From Chlamydiota bacterium (GTDB taxonomy: Bacteria; Auribacterota; JACPWU01): a stretch of 32,000 nucleotides of DNA. Positions 30,405 to 32,000 of the stretch are shown one piece after another. Location of the stretch: assembly GCA_016196885.1 (NCBI GenBank), contig JACPWU010000004.1, forward strand, positions 1 through 32,000, given 5' to 3'. Both the position numbers and the translations under genes were made by a program. Within the stretch, counting starts at the first letter, position 1, and each line of letters opens with the position of its first letter. The notes under the pieces were generated by a model, which worked only from the letters and a program-made list of their open reading frames with translations, was not told the origin of the DNA and did no database searches.

Positions 30405-32000
30405 ATGAATAAATCTAAGCTCTTACGAGATCTTCTCCATCGTCCCGGCCCCGTTTTAGTGACCGGGGCCCATGATGCGATGAGTGCCAAGCTGATTGAA
30501 GAAGCGGGTTTTGACGGCATTTGGGCGAGCGGCTTTGGCATCTCAGCCGCCCAGCGCTGCCTTCCGGACGCCAATTACATGACGATGACGGAAAATCTTG
30601 AAATTGCCAAAAACATGAATGAGGTCGTCCACATTCCTGTGATTGCGGATTGTGACAATGGCTACGGCAACGCCTTGAATGTGATGAGAACCGTGGCTCA
30701 ATATGAGAAGGCAGGTATTGCAGGTATTTCTATTGAAGACAATATTTTTCCCAAAAAGTGCAGTTTCTATCCAGGTTTTAAAAGGGAACTGGTGTCGCTC
30801 GAAGAGATGGAAGGAAGGATTCGGGCTGGAAAATCTGCTCAGGGGGGGTCAGATTTTGTCCTGATTGCCCGTACAGAGGCCTTGATTGCGGGTTGGGGGA
30901 TGGAAGAGGCCTTGAAACGGGGTCGGGCTTTTGCCCGAGCGGGGGCCGATGCTGTTTTGATTCATTCCAAATCTCGAGCCCCCGATGAAGTGATTCAATT
31001 TGCAAAATCGTGGGATCAAAATATTCCTTTGGTTGTGGTGCCGACCATTTTTGATTCCATCAGTGCGGATGAGTTGCACGAGGCCGGTTTTAAAGTGATT
31101 ATTTTTGCCAATCAGCTGATTCGTTCGTGCATTCGCTCGATGCGGGAAATGCTGGGGGAATTGCGGCAGAAAAAGTATGCCGGTGCGGTGAATGATCATT
31201 TGGTTACTTTGGAAGAGGTTTATAAACTTGTGGGTGTGGATGAAATGAAGCAGGCGGAAGACACGTTTCTTCCTGTCTCCGGAAATGATGTCAAGGCGAT
31301 TATTGTCAATGCCGGATTTGAAAAGCATTTGATGCCTCTCATTGAAGATCGGCCCAAAGGGATGTTGGACATTAAGGGGAAAACCATTCTCGAACGCCAG
31401 ATAGAGGTGCTCAACGCCTGCGACATCAAGGATATTTCAGTGGTCCGGGGTTATCGCTCGGAAGCCATCCGTGTTCCTAATCTTCGCTATTATGAAAATC
31501 CAGATTATGAAGAGAGCTATATTTTGTCTTCTTTCTTTTGTGCGAGCCCCCAGATTCAGGATCGGGTGCTTTTTCTCTATGGAGACATTCTCTTCGACCG
31601 TGTGGTTTTGGAGAAACTTTTACAGTCGTCGGCGGATATTTCTCTCGTGGTTGACCTGGCTTGGTATGATGCCCATCGCCAGGGTGCTATCCCTGAAGGG
31701 CTCGAGCGGGAATTGGTGATGATGGAAGAACCTCCTCAGGCGACGTATCGTTACCTCCCTTCAGAAGAGAACCACCGCATTTTAAAAATCGGGCAGAATT
31801 TGGATCGTAGATCAGCGCATGGAGAATTTATTGGAATGGCGATGTTTTCTCCCACCGCTTCACAAGTGTTCATTCAAGAATATGAAAGATTGAAAAAGGA
31901 AGATCCAGGCGGACCCTTTCATGAAGCGCCTTCCTTGAAAAAGGCATCGCTCACGGACATGATTCAGGAATTGGTGGATCGTGGATTTCCGGTCAAGGGG
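30405..32000 (+). CDS. PEP mutase/isocitrate-lyase superfamily domain fused to a nucleotidyltransferase domain (3' partial, runs off the window)
   Basis: My own translation (not in the ORF track) is open for 532 codons to the window end. The N-terminus has GAHDAMSAKLIEEAGFDGIWASGF, ADCDNGYG and IEDNIFPKKCSF. From about residue 290 it reads KAIIVNAG...DRPKGMLDIKGKTILERQI, which is sugar-nucleotidyltransferase-like. Confidence 0.8.
   Translation, partial: MNKSKLLRDLLHRPGPVLVTGAHDAMSAKLIEEAGFDGIWASGFGISAAQRCLPDANYMTMTENLEIAKNMNEVVHIPVIADCDNGYGNALNVMRTVAQYEKAGIAGISIEDNIFPKKCSFYPGFKRELVSLEEMEGRIRAGKSAQGGSDFVLIARTEALIAGWGMEEALKRGRAFARAGADAVLIHSKSRAPDEVIQFAKSWDQNIPLVVVPTIFDSISADELHEAGFKVIIFANQLIRSCIRSMREMLGELRQKKYAGAVNDHLVTLEEVYKLVGVDEMKQAEDTFLPVSGNDVKAIIVNAGFEKHLMPLIEDRPKGMLDIKGKTILERQIEVLNACDIKDISVVRGYRSEAIRVPNLRYYENPDYEESYILSSFFCASPQIQDRVLFLYGDILFDRVVLEKLLQSSADISLVVDLAWYDAHRQGAIPEGLERELVMMEEPPQATYRYLPSEENHRILKIGQNLDRRSAHGEFIGMAMFSPTASQVFIQEYERLKKEDPGGPFHEAPSLKKASLTDMIQELVDRGFPVKG

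Noticed and set aside
30849-31328. 159-aa minus-strand ORF, and similar antisense or alternate-frame track ORFs (for example 536-766, 5762-6268, 8173-8667, 19646-20170, 22854-23270, 24794-25249, 28011-28436, 28595-28960)
   Set aside because: They are shadow ORFs lying entirely within well-supported genes on the other strand or frame. They show no recognisable motifs, no SD, and biased low-complexity composition.

Overview
The window looks like a chromosomal segment from a Gram-negative-type, probably uncultivated bacterium; GC was judged moderate by eye, not computed. About 30 genes can be supported.

Gene content, in order:
- 1-117: probable 3' end of a group II intron.
- 136-6700: housekeeping and accessory genes (DUF4143 AAA ATPase, TfoX-domain protein, ArfB, exonuclease III, MFS pump, secreted cyclophilin, PepF).
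- 6823-14415: a lasso-peptide biosynthetic cluster of the kinase plus nucleotidyltransferase (paeninodin-like) class. It has extra tailoring genes: a nucleotidyltransferase-methyltransferase fusion, a P4H-like 2OG oxygenase and a second methyltransferase-domain protein. A 61-aa precursor candidate is hidden inside an 81-aa track ORF.
- 14805-19026: a lipoprotein gene and two half-ABC exporters.
- 19550-26700: an A2-type aa3 cytochrome oxidase operon (cupredoxin-like gene, coxB, coxA, ctaA-ctaB fusion, coxC, coxD, SCO1, DUF420).
- 26844-32000: a small CxxC membrane protein, an AmpG-like MFS, a zinc-ribbon-bactofilin plus bactofilin pair, Tpx, and an open-ended PEP-mutase-superfamily/nucleotidyltransferase fusion whose catalytic loop deviates from the PepM signature.

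Intergenic DNA is unusually rich in structured repeats:
- A 185-bp element with terminal inverted repeats (TIRs) occurs twice. One copy sits in frame inside the lasso nucleotidyltransferase gene.
- Heptanucleotide tandem arrays, often in inverted pairs, lie at many gene boundaries.
- C/G-tract hairpin elements recur, and one palindrome carries G-quadruplex motifs.
- A REPIN-like nested inverted repeat (paired inverted REP-type palindromes) sits at the pepF 3' end.

No rRNA, tRNA or CRISPR array was seen. All family assignments come from motif recognition by eye, not database searches.
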